Notes: generated from the sequence alone by a model not told the origin. Positions 22,763 through 36,600 are shown, counted from the first letter of the stretch. The stretch: DNA of 64,000 nt from Klebsormidium nitens (GCA_000708835.1 DF237367.1:16955-80954), one strand, 5' to 3'. Numbers and translations are program-made.

Positions 22763-25700
22763 CTAGTCTTCATCTGATTCCGAATCTTCAGGCAATCGTC
22801 TAGCCACAACTCTGAGCGTGACCTCCTTGGTGCAACCTGCATACTCGGAGGTATCAATCAGGTGCCATGGCTTGCCGAACATGTCCCCGCTTCCCCTTCC
22901 TTCCGACGTCGTCTTTGTGAAGGTTAACGTCCGTTGCTTCAACAACGCCCAATAGCCGCTCGGCCACGTTCTTGCGAAGAACTGGACTTCCACTTGGTCT
23001 ACCTGATTCGAATCCTCCGCGGACTTGGCCAGAGCACCGCGGTTCAAGTACACGGCTACTGTCGCCGAGTCTTGTCGGGTCGACTTCTTGACTTCGAGAC
23101 ACCACGTTCTATCATTCCATGTCACTGGTCGAGACACAGTTCTCGAGCCCTTCTCGTCTATGACCACGTTCAAAACGAGATCAATGATTGCTTCTCTAAA
23201 CCCGCTCCGTAAACGAGAGAAATCGCACATACTTTCGAGCTTCTTTGGTTCCGAGTACGCTTGGAAAACCAGCCCCCTGAGAACTAGCACTTGGAGCTCA
23301 GGCAACTGCATATCCGGGTCGTGCAGTAGTGTCTCTAACACTTCGCCTCGTATGCACCCAAACCTGATTTGACGTGCCAAGCGCAGAAGTGCCTCTCGCC
23401 TCTCCTTGACTTCCGGGAAGCGTTCTCGCACCCAGAAGTGGGCCCCGTTGAAGACCACCTCCTCCCCGTCCCCTTCCAGGCCTTCTGCTTGTAAGAGAAA
23501 CTCGACTGCCCGTTCGCTTAAACTCGCAAACCGTAAGAAGTCCCAGTCAGCAACGTTCTTGAAGTACTCGAGGAACGCCTCCTTGGCGCTTTCTACCAAT
23601 GCTTTCACCCCTTTCCGTTGCTGCAAAACCTCCGGGATATCGACGGCAATCGCTTCCAGATCCGAGTCTCCATTCTCTTCCACTCGCTCTTTCAGAACCG
23701 TGACTACGGCCCCCATGAAGGAGGGCGCGTCGAACTTATCCCCGATGAGAAGGGCCAGAATCAACTCAGAGACGGACGTCTCTTCGGCTTGGAGCCGCTC
23801 AGAGAGGGTTCCGGTGTAGAAGAAGTCAACCATCTCCTTGAACGCTCGTTTCTCTGCAGATGGGGTAAAACAAACCGTGTTAGTATGACGTAGGTTTTGA
23901 AGAAAAGGCCAGCGGAAATCTGGTACATCAGACATTGATTCCTGCGGGAAAACATTGCTCGGAGAAGTAGATTTTCATTCGCTTTAAACTCTCGCTTCTA
24001 CAAGAGGTCAGACATGGATATACGATAAAGAGCGGAGGAGGGCTCTGAAGTGGCGCACAGACCTGTAACATTGCTGAACGTGCCGTCGCTCGCACACCGT
24101 TTCGTCGAAGAAGAAACAAAAGGCAAGCTTGCACACAATAAGGAATAGTGCAGATTACAAGCCCAATCACAAAAGCAGAATAATGCGACTCGGACTCTGA
24201 CTCGACCTGTTCTAGAGCTTTCTCACCAGGCAAGCCATTAAATTCCCTATTGAAAGCGCGCTTTATTGAGGTGTGCGCCTCCTTTAGCAATGGCTCAAAA
24301 GTAGAACAGTGCCCCCAGCGCACAGAGGATGCTGTCACCAAGCGCAGCTTGATATTGCAGGGATTCAGGTGCATGTCGATAAGATCAAGACAACTGGATC
24401 CTTGACCTTCGCTTAGGATTGCTGTGCAAGGGCCCACACCCGCAGTGTTTAGAAGGATCGCGTGGAAATGTACAAAGCGTCGATGGCCCAAAAACCCGGA
24501 AAAAGGCTGAGTGGGAATAGGTTTTATTTTCGGATGCAGGCCGACTTGCGTGCGTGACCTATCCATGAGGCTTCCAAGGAAACTTTGAGGAGGCGCACAC
24601 AGGCATAGTAGCTATAGGGACTTACCTTGGCCCGTGACCTTGAGCACGATCGGAGCATCCTTCTGCCCCTCCCTCATGTCGCTCGACAGCATCGCTCTCA
24701 GCACGTGGCTCTTTGCAGCGACAATCACTGAAGAGATTGGTATTTCCTCTGCCTCCTCTATCTCGGCAGAGCTTTCCCGCCAGTCATTTTTTTCACCATT
24801 GGCTGCCTTTTCTGTCTCACTCTGCCCCCTGCCGGTCTCCGTGTCATTTTCCTCATGACCGGACTTGTCCCCATCCTCGTTCTCGCTTGGAGAGCTTTCC
24901 CTGTAATCAGCAGACATGCCTCTATCCCTGCGCTTGGCGAGGCGCTCCGAGGTTCGTATTGCCCTCCCACTAGCTGACTCCGCTATCTCTTGGCTTCCAG
25001 GATTCTCCCCCTCTTCTCTTGCCCGTTTCTTACCAGCAATGGTCTCTTTCTCTGCTCCCACTGCGTCCCCTTCTGAAGCGTTCTTGGCAGCGGTTCTCTC
25101 CGCTTCTGGAGTCTCTTGGTTTCGCTCTTCCGTGGGGCTGTTCTGCAGAGCCGGTTCGCTGCTTCTGGCCTCTTTCGGATCTGCACAGAGGACCCCACCA
25201 TTCTGATTACCGAAGCTGCACATCATCCGCATGAATCTAGCCGCAGGATCATGACAAGCGAAAGCCTTCTACGAGAACAAACAGGAACAAACGTAAAAAA
25301 TCAGAGGGTCTCCCAGTCCTGCTGATGTTCTGTAGGACTAGGCGGAACTTATTTGGGACTTCTCCGAGTGACGACATTAGAGTTCTCGAGGAGGAAAGCT
25401 GGGAACTTGGCCCACTAGGACAAAAGCCATTCCTATCATCTGCACAGGGTTGTCTATCAGCCCTGAATCGCATGGTTTGGAGATGACGACCTAACAAGTC
25501 CTCCCGTTACCTTCTGATTTACTTGAACAGGCTGTCTTCGTATGCACCTTATTCTGCCCCGATATGGCATTCCTCAGCAGCCTTGTTATGCATGATCGAA
25601 AGTTTTTAGAAGACCTAGCTATCTTACCGGACAGCTCATCATCCAGGATCTCAAGGCGGATGGTCCGGTCACAGAACTGGGGTTGCCTGCACAGAAGGCA

Positions 25701-26223
25701 GGGCAGATTGGTTGGTAAGAGATCGCTTGACCTCATAAAGCATTGCTCCATGCAACTTGCTTGTTTTCACCTTCCCTTTTTGTACGTCAAGATTGTCAAG
25801 TTCTAAGTTTTATGTTGTAATTGCCAGCAACAGTGGTGGGGCGTCTCCGAAAATCCTGAAACAGTCAATGAATGGGAAGCTAGGTGATCCTGCAGTGAAC
25901 CCTTAAACCCAGCACAGTCGACATCCAGATGCAAACTGTACACAAGCAACACAAGTCGGCAAATAGGTCCATCATGAAGATTGCAAGATGACCGCTGGAT
26001 GGGGCTAAGTAGCTGACTGTGAACTGCAACCGTTTATTTTTCAGAGAAAAGTTGAACAGGGCATGATCTGAGGAGGAGGAGCATCTTCTCCAGTGTCTTT
26101 GAGCTCCCAAAGTCCCTCCCGAACTCACTTGTAGAAAGGGCCAAAGTCGAAGTGGTGCCCATCCTCTTCCAGAGAACCGCAGCTGGAATCAGATGATGTT
26201 TCACTTTCCTCAGGCTCTTCCAT
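22763..26223 (-). CDS. POB1/LRB-like BTB-BACK-MATH-like protein, paralog 3 (long acidic BTB insertion)
   Basis: Exons 26223-26129, 25686-25628, 25180-24626 and 23853-22763, phases 2/1/1. Motifs EEDGHHFDF..FYK, FCDRTIRLEIL, GKKRAREE, EEIPISSVIVAAKSHVLRAML, EKRAFKEMVDFFY, GDKFDA, IRFGCI. Confidence 0.88.
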
Positions 26224-26825
26224 GATTGTCGTCCTGCTACCAAATGTGGCGAAGATGATGTCCGGTCTGGCTGTATGGCTGTTTAGTGATGTGATTATGC
26301 GACCTCTGAAGCGCAGATGACGTGGATCGTCTCCACAGCTATTCAATAATCAATTGCTATTCTGGCCTGGCGAATGCCCGTGCGCCCCTGCTAGCTGCCC
26401 CTGACAAGCCTTGGTTGGTGGATGCATTCTGCATTCCACTTCATTCTGGCTAGCAACCCCACTCAATGACGTGGTTGCGCTCGACAAATCAGATTCGTTC
26501 AAAATGTCACGTGGGATTTCCGGTTGGCTGTGCACCGCGCAGCTGGAGCAAGATTCAAATTTGGCGCGAAAGGGTCTTGTGAGTGTTGTCGAATCGAACT
26601 GACTGGGCTAGTCATGAATCACAATTCAATGAACAGCTCCTGAGGTTCAAACTTCAAAACGCAAGCGTCCAATGCAGTGGCTTTGGGAGCACCAGCTTGA
26701 GTTGCAATGCCTGGCATAGGGTTCCAGCAGAAACCTAAGATTGCAGCCAAAGGTCATCACCTCAGATCAGAAGAAAGCCAGCGTGGGGCCAGCATATGCA
26801 GGCTCCTTGAATGGTGAGCAACAGC
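26224..26825. promoter_or_regulatory. Putative bidirectional promoter between paralogs 3 and 4, with three ACGTGG (G-box/ABRE-like) cores
   Basis: About 600 bp between divergent ATGs (26223 minus, 26826 plus). TGACGTGG near 26318 and 26467; CACGTGG at 26508. Confidence 0.45.
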
Positions 26826-29800
26826 ATGGACGGCGCGGTGAAAGCCCCAGAGGCGCCTAGCCCTGGTGGCTCGCTTGATGAACAGGGCCACTTCTTTGAC
26901 TTCACTCCCATCTACAGGTAAGTTGTGGTTTTAAGAGGCCATTGAAGCTGTTGGTTTTGAGCGGATGCTCAAAATGGAAGCTTTTCAAATCACTTTCAGG
27001 GGCAAGTTTCATCCATCGAAAGAAGCAAGAACTCTGTATATGCAGTGGCCCATCCTTGGTCCAGAAACTTCCTTCCTGAGGCTCTAGGGAAGAAATCTCC
27101 TGATCACTCTAATCACTCTTATCAAAAGTGTCATATCTCTCACCTTGTGTTGCAATGAAAAAAATCAGATTGAACAAAAGTCGCAACACATGCAACTTAT
27201 GTTAAGCGATCTCTCAGGGAGATGCTATGGTGTGGACTCATTCTTGACTGCTGTTTCTCAGGGAACCCAAGTTCTGCGATCGAGTGATCCGCCTGGAGAT
27301 TCTTGAAGAAGAGCTCAGGCCAGGTATGTCTATCATGCTACTTTGCATATTATCCAACTGCATTTCTCGATCAGGGGCACAATGGGGAATCTGAACAGTA
27401 CGTGTGCTTTCCGATTCTGATGACTTACAATATGATGCCCAGCCTCGCTGGACATAGAAGTCACGAACTTGGAGGATTGGTCCTGCTTGCCGCTTACCAT
27501 AAGAGCTCCTTCGTATGGCCTACAGCTCTGAGCTTGCTTACCAGAAACGCTCCATCTTGTGGAGCACAGCTCTTAAGCTTGCTGCTTTCCCTGTCGGAAA
27601 CTCGCATCATATTCTGCAGGCTCACCAAGAGTAGAAGACTTGGCAGCGACCCTGGGTTCGAAACTCACATCATATTCTGCAGACTCACCAAGAGTTCAAG
27701 ACTGGGTTTTCTCATCTTGACAGCGTTCCTTGTTTCCAGGTGCCGATAGGAACAAGGATCCAGGATCAGTGGTAGAGGGAGGTAGGGAGGCACCAGCGGT
27801 TCCAGAGAAGGGCAAACATCTTGGCAACCCTCTTGACAGCTATACCATCCATGTACCTACGACACAGCCGGACAAGGACGCCCCAGACAGAAAACCTCCA
27901 GGGTCAGAGAACGGGCCTGTCATTGGGAAGAAGCGGCCCAGGGACGAGAGTGAGAGTGAGGCCTCTCCAAGTAGCTCCCCAGAGGAAGCGGGAGCTGAGA
28001 AGGATCGGGAACAGGTTGGCGCAGCAAGCAGACGTTCTGCAAGGCTGGCGAAGAGCAGAGACGAGACTCCTGGCAGGCTTGTCAACAGGGGGATGGGGAA
28101 TGGAGAGGAAGAAAGCCATGACAAAGGAAAGACTGCGGAGGCTACTCCTGGAGAGGGCTCAGGGATTGGCGATCGCATGGTCGACGGAAATGCTGATGAG
28201 GATGGGGATGAGGACAGTGACGAGGACTCTGAAGATGAGGTGGAAGAGATACCAGTCTCGTCCATGGTGATCGCTGCCAAGAGCCTGGTGCTCAGGAGGA
28301 TGATGCTGAGCGAGATGAAGGAGGCGCAGCGGGATGCACCGATTGTGCTAAAGGTCACCCGGGAAGGTGAGCGCTTTCTTCTGGTGTAGCTTCTAGTCTG
28401 CACTTTTGAGAAAATAATGGAAGTGAAGATCCAAAGTAACAACCAATAAAGGTGGACTCGAGACCATGCAAGCCGAGAGGATCATGGTAAGCAAAGGACC
28501 TGAACTGTTTGCACGAAATGTTTGAGTGCATGCTTGCCATCAATTGGGATGGCATAGATCTCGAGCTTCTTTCCACAGTCCCAGGTCATGAAGGTAACAT
28601 TGAATCCAGTCATTCAGGTCAAGTGTTTTCAAGCAACCAATCTTGTGCTCAACTTCCCATGTGGCATCTATCTTGACGAAAGGGTTAGAAGCCGCTGCTT
28701 CTTGAGAGTTTTTTACAAGGAGGTTCTGGGGAGGTAGACAAGCAACAAATATATCGTTGGTGGATGTTCTACAATTTCTGACCTTACCCTCAGATATCTG
28801 GATGAACCGGGCAACATTTTCAGCAACTGCTGCACGAGTGTTCTCAAACGGATGCCTCTTCCGCATGTTCAATTGTTCAGCCAATTCCGTGACGTCACTT
28901 CAGGATGGGAGACGAACCAGCCATCCGTTTCACAATATTGACGAGTGAGCGCAATCGATCGCCTCTTCTTCGCTTCTACAGAGAAAAGGGCCGTCAAGGA
29001 GCTGCTTTCGTTCATCGGCAAGGGCTCGTTGTCCAAACCCCTGCTAGATCCCGCGACCTGCATCGCACAGCTCATAGCCATGCTAGAGGTGGGGGACAAG
29101 TTCGAGGTCTGCTCTTTCATGGGGGCAATCACTGCAGCTTTGCGACAGAGGCTGGATAACCAGGACAACTCGGACCTCGAAGCGCTCGCTTTCGACATCC
29201 CTGAGCATCTGCAAACCTGGGACGAGGTGCGAACGCTGGCTCAGGAAGGGCAGGACGCCCTTTTTGAGAGATTCAGGTCGGTTGTGACGTGGAGAAGCAA
29301 TGCTTTCTTGGATCTGGGGGAGAGAACCGTCGAGTTCCTGTTGCAGTCAGAAGACCTCCGGAGCGGCTCCGAGATAGATGTGGTGCGTGGGGTCGTCGGC
29401 TGGGCTTTTGGCTTGGAAACTTTTGAGGAGCGACAAGCAGCATTGGATCGCTTGATGCAGCACGTCAGGCTGGGGTGCGTCAGCGGCGAGTTGCTAGAGT
29501 ACTTGTCAGGCTTGCCCGAAATGCAGTCCGCTGCGACGCTGGAGCTACTACAGAAAGCAACGGTGTTCCAGTCATACTCTGAGACAAAGAAGCTGGCAGC
29601 GATCTCGGACTTCTCCATGGTACGATCGGGATTCTTGGAGGGGAGCTTCGAGATTGCAATCGACGCTGTCATTGACAACGAGGCCAAAGTCACGAAGTCG
29701 AACCTCGTCTTGTGGGACGAAAGGAAGTGGCACGTCAAGGTTTATCAGCATGCTAGGAAGGCTCCAGCGACTGTGGGGGTCTTACTGAATCGATGTCATC

Positions 29801-30051
29801 TATCTCGACAAGGAGCCCATAAGCACAAGACCCACCGTCTGAAAGTTGAGGTCTTTGTTAAAAACTGGCCTGCCAATTATTGGCAGTTGCTGGATGTGCA
29901 CACTTTCACCTTCAAGGAGGAAACGATTACCCAAGGTTGGATAGATATGTTCGATTGTCCTTGGCACGACATCAAGGGTGAGCCCTACGTACGACGTGGC
30001 ACAAACGAAGTGAACTTGAAAGTCGTTGTGAACCAGGTAGACTTGGACTGA
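26826..30051 (+). CDS. POB1/LRB-like BTB-BACK-MATH-like protein, paralog 4 (long acidic BTB insertion)
   Basis: Exons 26826-26917, 27262-27323, 27740-28366 and 28982-30051, phases 2/1/1. Motifs DEQGHFFDF, FCDRVIRLEIL, GKKRPRDE, EEIPVSSMVIAAKSLVLRRMM, EKRAVKELLSFI, GDKFEV, VRLGCV. Confidence 0.88.
27597..27706. repeat. Intronic direct repeat, ~47 bp, period 63
   Basis: GAAACTCGCATCATATTCTGCAGGCTCACCAAGAGTAGAAGACTTGG at 27597 versus GAAACTCACATCATATTCTGCAGACTCACCAAGAGTTCAAGACTGGG at 27660. Confidence 0.85.
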
Positions 30052-30603
30052 TTGATTGCAAGTTGGTATTCTCAGCCTCGATGAAGAACGTACATTGGTC
30101 TGCAAAATGAGGAGGACAGCCGCCCTAAGCACAAGCTCGCTGCATTCTGCTTTCTCTCTCTGCGCCGGTTCATTTGTCAACTCTGCCAGCATGCGCTATT
30201 CCGCAGGTTTGATGCTTCAGTATGCGCATGTACGCAGCTAGACCAGTATTTGATCCATGGCGGCTTTTGAAGCTTCGGCTATTGAGTCTGCGCAAGGATG
30301 CACGCGCACATGGCATGCCAGCGGGCTAGAGTGATTGCAAGTCATTCATCAGATTGACCAGACGTGTATCATGAATAATTAAGCAGACAAAATCCGGATC
30401 AACCTATAGGACTGGACATCTGACTCGTAGATCAGATTCCAGGATGCTGCGTGCTATGTCATGCTGCATGATTGAACGTAAACCACGGCGGATTGTTACA
30501 TCGAACAGTGCAAGCAGACAACCGTACTTGAGTAATTGCATATGGCTTGGCCGCTGCAGGCTAGCTTGCAATGTTGCGCTGTCCTGTACAAGACACGAGC
30601 TCG

Positions 30604-33600
30604 TCACTCTAGCGGACCTTTGACCTTCGACGTAGCCTCGTCTTGGGCCCCCCAATCAGAGTCGAGTATTTCCGTACTGCCGCTGGCAACCAACGACGTC
30701 GCCTGAGTCGTGGTTTCGCTAAAGCACTCAGGGGCCGTCTGTGCACTATCCGTTGACACGTCTCCATCAGTTCCTTCGTCCTCTTCTCCCGCTGGTCTTC
30801 TTCCCATGTTCACACTCGCGTTCGGACCGGCCCTCTCCGCCGAATCTGGCCAGTTCGTGCACTCGGGTAGGCCCTTCCTCGTTGACTCCCCGCTCCCAGA
30901 ACCGCCCGCGACCTTTGCCTCGTCACCCCCCAAAGCCGAAGTCGGGACAGCTAACCCGTTTCTTGGTGTCATCTCCGAGCCGCGGTCCGTTGCGGCCACA
31001 CTTTGACACTGCCCGCCAGCGCCAGATTGCCCGGTTTCGAAGTCGTCTACCGTCCTGCTAGAAGGTACAGTCAGTGCCCCCTGGAGCAAACTCGGGGTCT
31101 TTGCAGGTTCGCCGTTTTGAAGAGAGGCGCTAGCAGGCATGGCGGGACCCGGGTGAAGGCCAGGACCCGAAGGAAGGCCGGAACCGGAACGAGGACCAAA
31201 ATCAGGATGGATACCGGAACCGGAACCACCTTCGCCCGCCACGTCGCGGTTTGCAGCGCCGCAACTGGGGGAGTTCTTCCGGATCAGGACATCGGCGTCG
31301 GTTTCAAAGCTGCCGCTTAGCCAATTACTCATTGCGCAGAGAGCCGCTCTCTCGGCATCACCTCCCGGGGGTTTTAGTTCCCACTTGCTACCCTCAGCCT
31401 CGTCGCCCGTAGTGTTTATAGCCACCGCCGGCTGGGGCTCTGAAACCGGGGGAATTGAACCCCAACTCCGCTTTGCATCGTCTGTTGAGGCCGTTTCCGG
31501 TACACTCGACTTCATAGTGCTTGGAGGCAGCGGACTTTTGTTCTCCCGGGGGGCCTGCTCCGGCACAGACAACACCCCCGGGGGAAGTGGCTCCGGCGAA
31601 TTCAGCTCCAGGACCTCCTCCCGAAGCTTTTCGAAGTGCGCCCCCGCGCAATATAAGCGGCTGGCGAAGACGCCCGGGGCGCACCATACGTCCTCCTCGG
31701 GCTCTGTTGGGTTAAGTTGGACGACGGGTTTTCGGGCAGGCGAAAGCTCTGGCAAACCGCTGCTAACCGGATGGTTAGCTTGACCCGCAGCCTCAATCCC
31801 CGGGTTGACATAACCTTCCCATCCATCCACGCTAGTCCACCGCTGCAAAGCGACACCGTCAGAAGACGCCGGGTCAAGCCCATAAGGCGCCGGACCCCAC
31901 TCATAAGGCCCCAGACCTCGCCCCTGCCCCGCCGAGTCCTGCCCATAAGCCGCCAGCGCCTGCAGCGCGTCCGAGTCGTAGCTAGGGATCTGCCCCGGAG
32001 CCGCCTCATAAGCGCCCGGGACCGTGCCATAAGCGCCCGGCTCGTATGGCCCTTCCCCAAAGTGAACCACCCAGCGCTCCCCGTCCCAATGCAGAGGCGG
32101 GAGGACTTGAACCGGATCCGTTTGCGGGGCGGTCTGCTGTGGACACGTGGCAGGCGGGGGTTGGTTGGCGGGCTTCTCCACTTCCTCCCGCCTCTTCATG
32201 ATGTCAGCAGAGACGTCAACGAGCAGAGCGTGTACGAGAGGCCGCGCGTTGTCCCGCTGCTCCGCGGACGAGGCTTCGTAGAGGAAACCCTTACGACCGT
32301 CCTTCGCCTCGGCCGACGTCAGCGTGACGTGAGCGGACGCCTCGATCACCCTCACCCTGCAAAGCAGTTGGAATAAGGTGTGAAAATCTGACGATGAAAA
32401 TGTAATCGTGTGAAAACCAAGGGATGGCGACGGCGGTATACGCAATTATTGAATGTGAACATGTTGGACTCGAGTTATCGCGCTTCTGGTGGCAGCCGTT
32501 GTGGACTGACCTAAGGAGGAGTGTGCTTCTGACTTACTCACGTAGTAAGTCAAAATAGTGAGGTGATGCCCAGGCTGGGTAGTTGAACTTGTCTGAGAGC
32601 TTAGAATCTGCTCTCCGCGGCAACAACGATCCTTCACGTATCAAGTAGGTTTACCCAACGGAACAGATTTGCCAGTACTTCCGATAGCATTGAACCTCAT
32701 TGTTAGACGGAAAAGGAACCCCGGGCAATGACAGATGTTTGAATGAGCATCTGCGTCGGCTTACCAAACGGAACCGAGCCAAATGCCGCTCCTCTTTTGC
32801 ACGAACTCGACCGACATCGTCAGAGAACACAGAAAGGCCCGCCAGAGGACACTTCCCGAACAGTCCAGACACGTGGTTCCGCAGTGCGTAGACACCGTCA
32901 CGCAAGGCTTAACACATCAAGCTTCTCTTCCAGAACGACCTGCGGAACGGCTCCAAGGTGGACGTAGATTAAAGACGAATTGCGACAGCGAGACGACTGC
33001 CCACTCTGCCAAAAGCAACTCTTCTTTTCCGCGCGACACCATACCTGCCGTAGAAGCGTTCCTGCAGCGCCGTGTCCAGCTCCCACATCGCGATCTGCCG
33101 CATGCCCTCCTTCACTTTCATGAAGGCCCTCCCCACCACGGGAGGAACAGCGACCGCAACACTCTGTGGAGCGCGTTTCGCCGCGCCCACGATCGTCGAT
33201 TTCCCCTTCGCCCCGTTCCTTGCAATCTCACCGTTGACCACGCTCTTTGAAAGCAACTTCGGATCCGAACCCCTCTGGTTGCCTTGCCCCGTTTCGTTCG
33301 TTGGTATTGTTCCCACTTTCGCCACTCCCGTTTGCGCTGGTGTCTTACTCCAAGACCCCGACCCCTGTTTCGAAGCGCCAGCGACCCGCGCCTTCCCCAG
33401 CAGACCCTCCAGCGCTCCGAACTGATCTTCGTCTTCCGCCCAAGGGGGCGCGCTTTGGCTGGCAGCAGACCCCCCTCCTCCCCATCCTCCCAAAAGCCCT
33501 TCACTTTCTCGGGCTCCTTACCATTCGGCCGGACCTCCGCTTTTGAGCTTTTGGACTCGTCCGATTTCTTCATTTCCGACTCGTCCTTTTTCAACGTTTC

Positions 33601-36600
33601 GGACGTCCGAACGGCTGAGAGCATCCAGAGCGCGCCCCCACCCTTCCCTCCCCCGAGCGATCCCCTGTCTTCCTGGTCGATACGCGCACTCGTCTGTTCC
33701 TTGCCCCCAGCTTGTTTATTCTCCGACTCTCTATGCTCCGCCGGAGTCCGTTCTCTCGGGCCCAACTGGATCCCGAACTGCTGCAATTGCTCCTGTATCT
33801 TCCCCAGCGCCGCTTTCGCATCGCCCGCTTCCGGTTCCGGGTCCGGAGAAACATTCCGCTCTTCCGCCTTGGTCTCGCCCGGAACGCTCCCCCCCTCTCC
33901 GCTTGCACCCGGGGTACCGCCAACCCCCTGGGCCGAGAGATTGCGACTCTCTGCCCCTTTACTGCCTGCTTTTTGCCCCCGCTGCTCCTTTAATTTTATC
34001 CGGTGGGCCAACTCTTTCGCCTCGCGCAGCAGCCACTCTAGCCGCGCCGCGTCCGCATCTTCCTCCGTCCCCCCACCCCTAGCTCCTTCCGGTTCCGTTT
34101 CCGTTTTCTTACCCGCCTCCTCCGCATCGACTCTCTTTTTGATCGCGTCCCACCGAGCGCGCCGCGCCCGCAGGACTTCCTCCCGGCTCGCGTGCTCGCC
34201 GACGTCACCGTCGGTGCTGACGTCACCCTCGCTACGTGGCAGCCCCTGGAGCTCCTCCACAACCGCCTCGCAGTCCCGATCCACCGACCCTCGTTCTTCC
34301 CGCTCGACTCTGATTGGTGACCAACCACATTGTTCCAGGTAAACCCCCTCGAAACCTGGCGGCAAATCCGGTCCCTCGTCCTCTGCCCAATCTGCCGACT
34401 GCTCCTCGGGGGCTAACTCCATATCTTCCGCTGGCCCTTCCATAGGTTCCCTGGCGTTCGAAGGTGTCACTTGTTCGGGCGGGGTCGCCGCTAACCCGCC
34501 TGCTAACCCATTCTCCGGCGCGTCTAGTGGCTCGTCCTCGTCTTCGATTTCGACTGGTGGCGGTTCGTTCAGATCGAACAGAAACGGCCTCTTCTTTGGT
34601 TCCGGCAGGTCGTTCAAATCGAACCGTTTGACCGCGCTTTCTTCCTTAATCGCCTCCGACTCGAACGATTTTTCTTTAACCGCCTCCGACTCCGCTTCGC
34701 CCACATCTAGTTTCGTTCCAGTCGGACCCGCCTCTCGTCCCAAAGTCTCTCCCTTGAGTGGCTCTTCTTTCGCGGGCGCCGTCACTTCGTCCTCGGCAGG
34801 GCCGCAGGCCTTATTTACACCACCCGCCCCCAACCCAACCCCCTCATTCACATCGCTGGCGAACGTTACACCCAGCTCTCCCAACCAAACCCCCTCTTTC
34901 ACACCGCCCTCCGCAACTCTTTCAGTCTTGCAGAAACCGCCCCCTCCTGATTCAGTCCCCTTTCTCACGCCCTCCCCGTACCCATCCGCCTCAGTCACAC
35001 CCTCTCCCAACTCCCCTTTCACCGAACTCACCCCATCGACACTCGCCAGCTCGACGTCCGTCCCCCTTTGCACTTCAGCAGGCGCCGTACTGTCCGGGCT
35101 TAATCTCAAACACCCCGGTTCAACAGTCTCCACCCACCCACCCTCTTCCGTTGGGCTCTTCTCTTGCCTCACAGCCATTTCCCGGTCTCTTGTTTCCCCC
35201 TTTGCCGCCACCTCCCGGTCTTTGAGCTCCCGCTCTGAGGCTCCGTCCTTCTCCTTCGCTTCGGCTCGGGGCGTTTCTTGCCCCGGAGCTCTCTCCCGAT
35301 CACCGGAGAAAGACCGGCCGCTCCTGTCTTTGCCCCGAGGCGTGTCGTGCTTTTCTCCCTTTCGATCGATGCTCCGTTCCTTTCTGCCGAGCGAGCGCTC
35401 GCGAGAATTTGCGCGCGCTCCCCGCCTTGACTCTGACGGCGAGCGGTGACGGTGACCGTTATCGCGGTCCTTGCGCATCCACTCGAGCTTTTCCCGGTAG
35501 AGGGGGCGGTACAAATCTTCGCAGCCCAGCCGGCAGTGACCGGGGACAAGCGCTTGATCCTGCAAGAAAATTTTGAAGCTGAGCGTCTGATAAGGTACAA
35601 GCTTGCTTTACCCCAAAAGGCCACCCGTTATTTTTGGCCCATAAAGCTACCCAAGACTTGATAGCAGCCCAATAGCAGCAAGGCTTAGTCCTGACATGTG
35701 GGCTCACAGACAAACCTTCAAGGAGGTTCAAATGAGGTAGGCAAAAGGGTGTGGAAAATTCGATTAGTCGGGGTTCTGCCCGACTTCGCCTTTTGGGCCT
35801 ATTAGGACGAGTTTGATGCAGACGTGCCAATAACAGAAAGCACGAAATAGACACCTGCTTAAAAAAGGTAGAGGGCGTAATGTTGATCACAGGTCTCAAT
35901 GTAGAACCGAGCACTTTCGCTTAAGAAAAGGTTTGGCAGACGTTTAAGATCCGCTTATTGCTGCAGCCTGCAGAGAAAGGGAGTGAACGATGTCGGCTAG
36001 ACTGTTGCACATACAAGACTTAAACAACGTACGAAGACTGGGCTCGGGCTTCACGAAGTATGCCACGCCAAATAACTTGCAAAGTTGCACCATCGGAAAT
36101 ACACGATAACGTGGTGCCCTGCCTCTTCGTGGGCGTCACGCAAGCATCATCTTTTCTGCACTTTGTAAATGCATATGTTTTCAACTACAGGCCGGAGGGT
36201 TTCAGTAGGTCAGTTGGCGGAACGAATACGCTAATAGTTGTTGGTTTCCTGACATGCATGACCGACTGTTCGGTTTCTCCCTGCATGGTAGTCTCAATCT
36301 AGTAAAACGACACAGGAGCTCAGACACGGGCTGTTCAACCAACAGAATATTCAGTGATCGCCCACGGAATTCTCGTGTATGAACGTCGGAGGTACGTCGA
36401 ACCAGAATCAGCAAATGATAGCGGTCTCCTCGAGCAACTTTCTCGTATCTCGTCTGGACTCTGCAAAAGCAGGGCTCCGGCTTACCCATAGCTGTCCCTT
36501 AACATTGGATTACCAATTGAAGGTAAAAGGAAACATCGATAAACCTAGAATCAGGACGTTTTCCCATAAAGCCCACGGTATAGGCCATCCCCTTGGTTGC

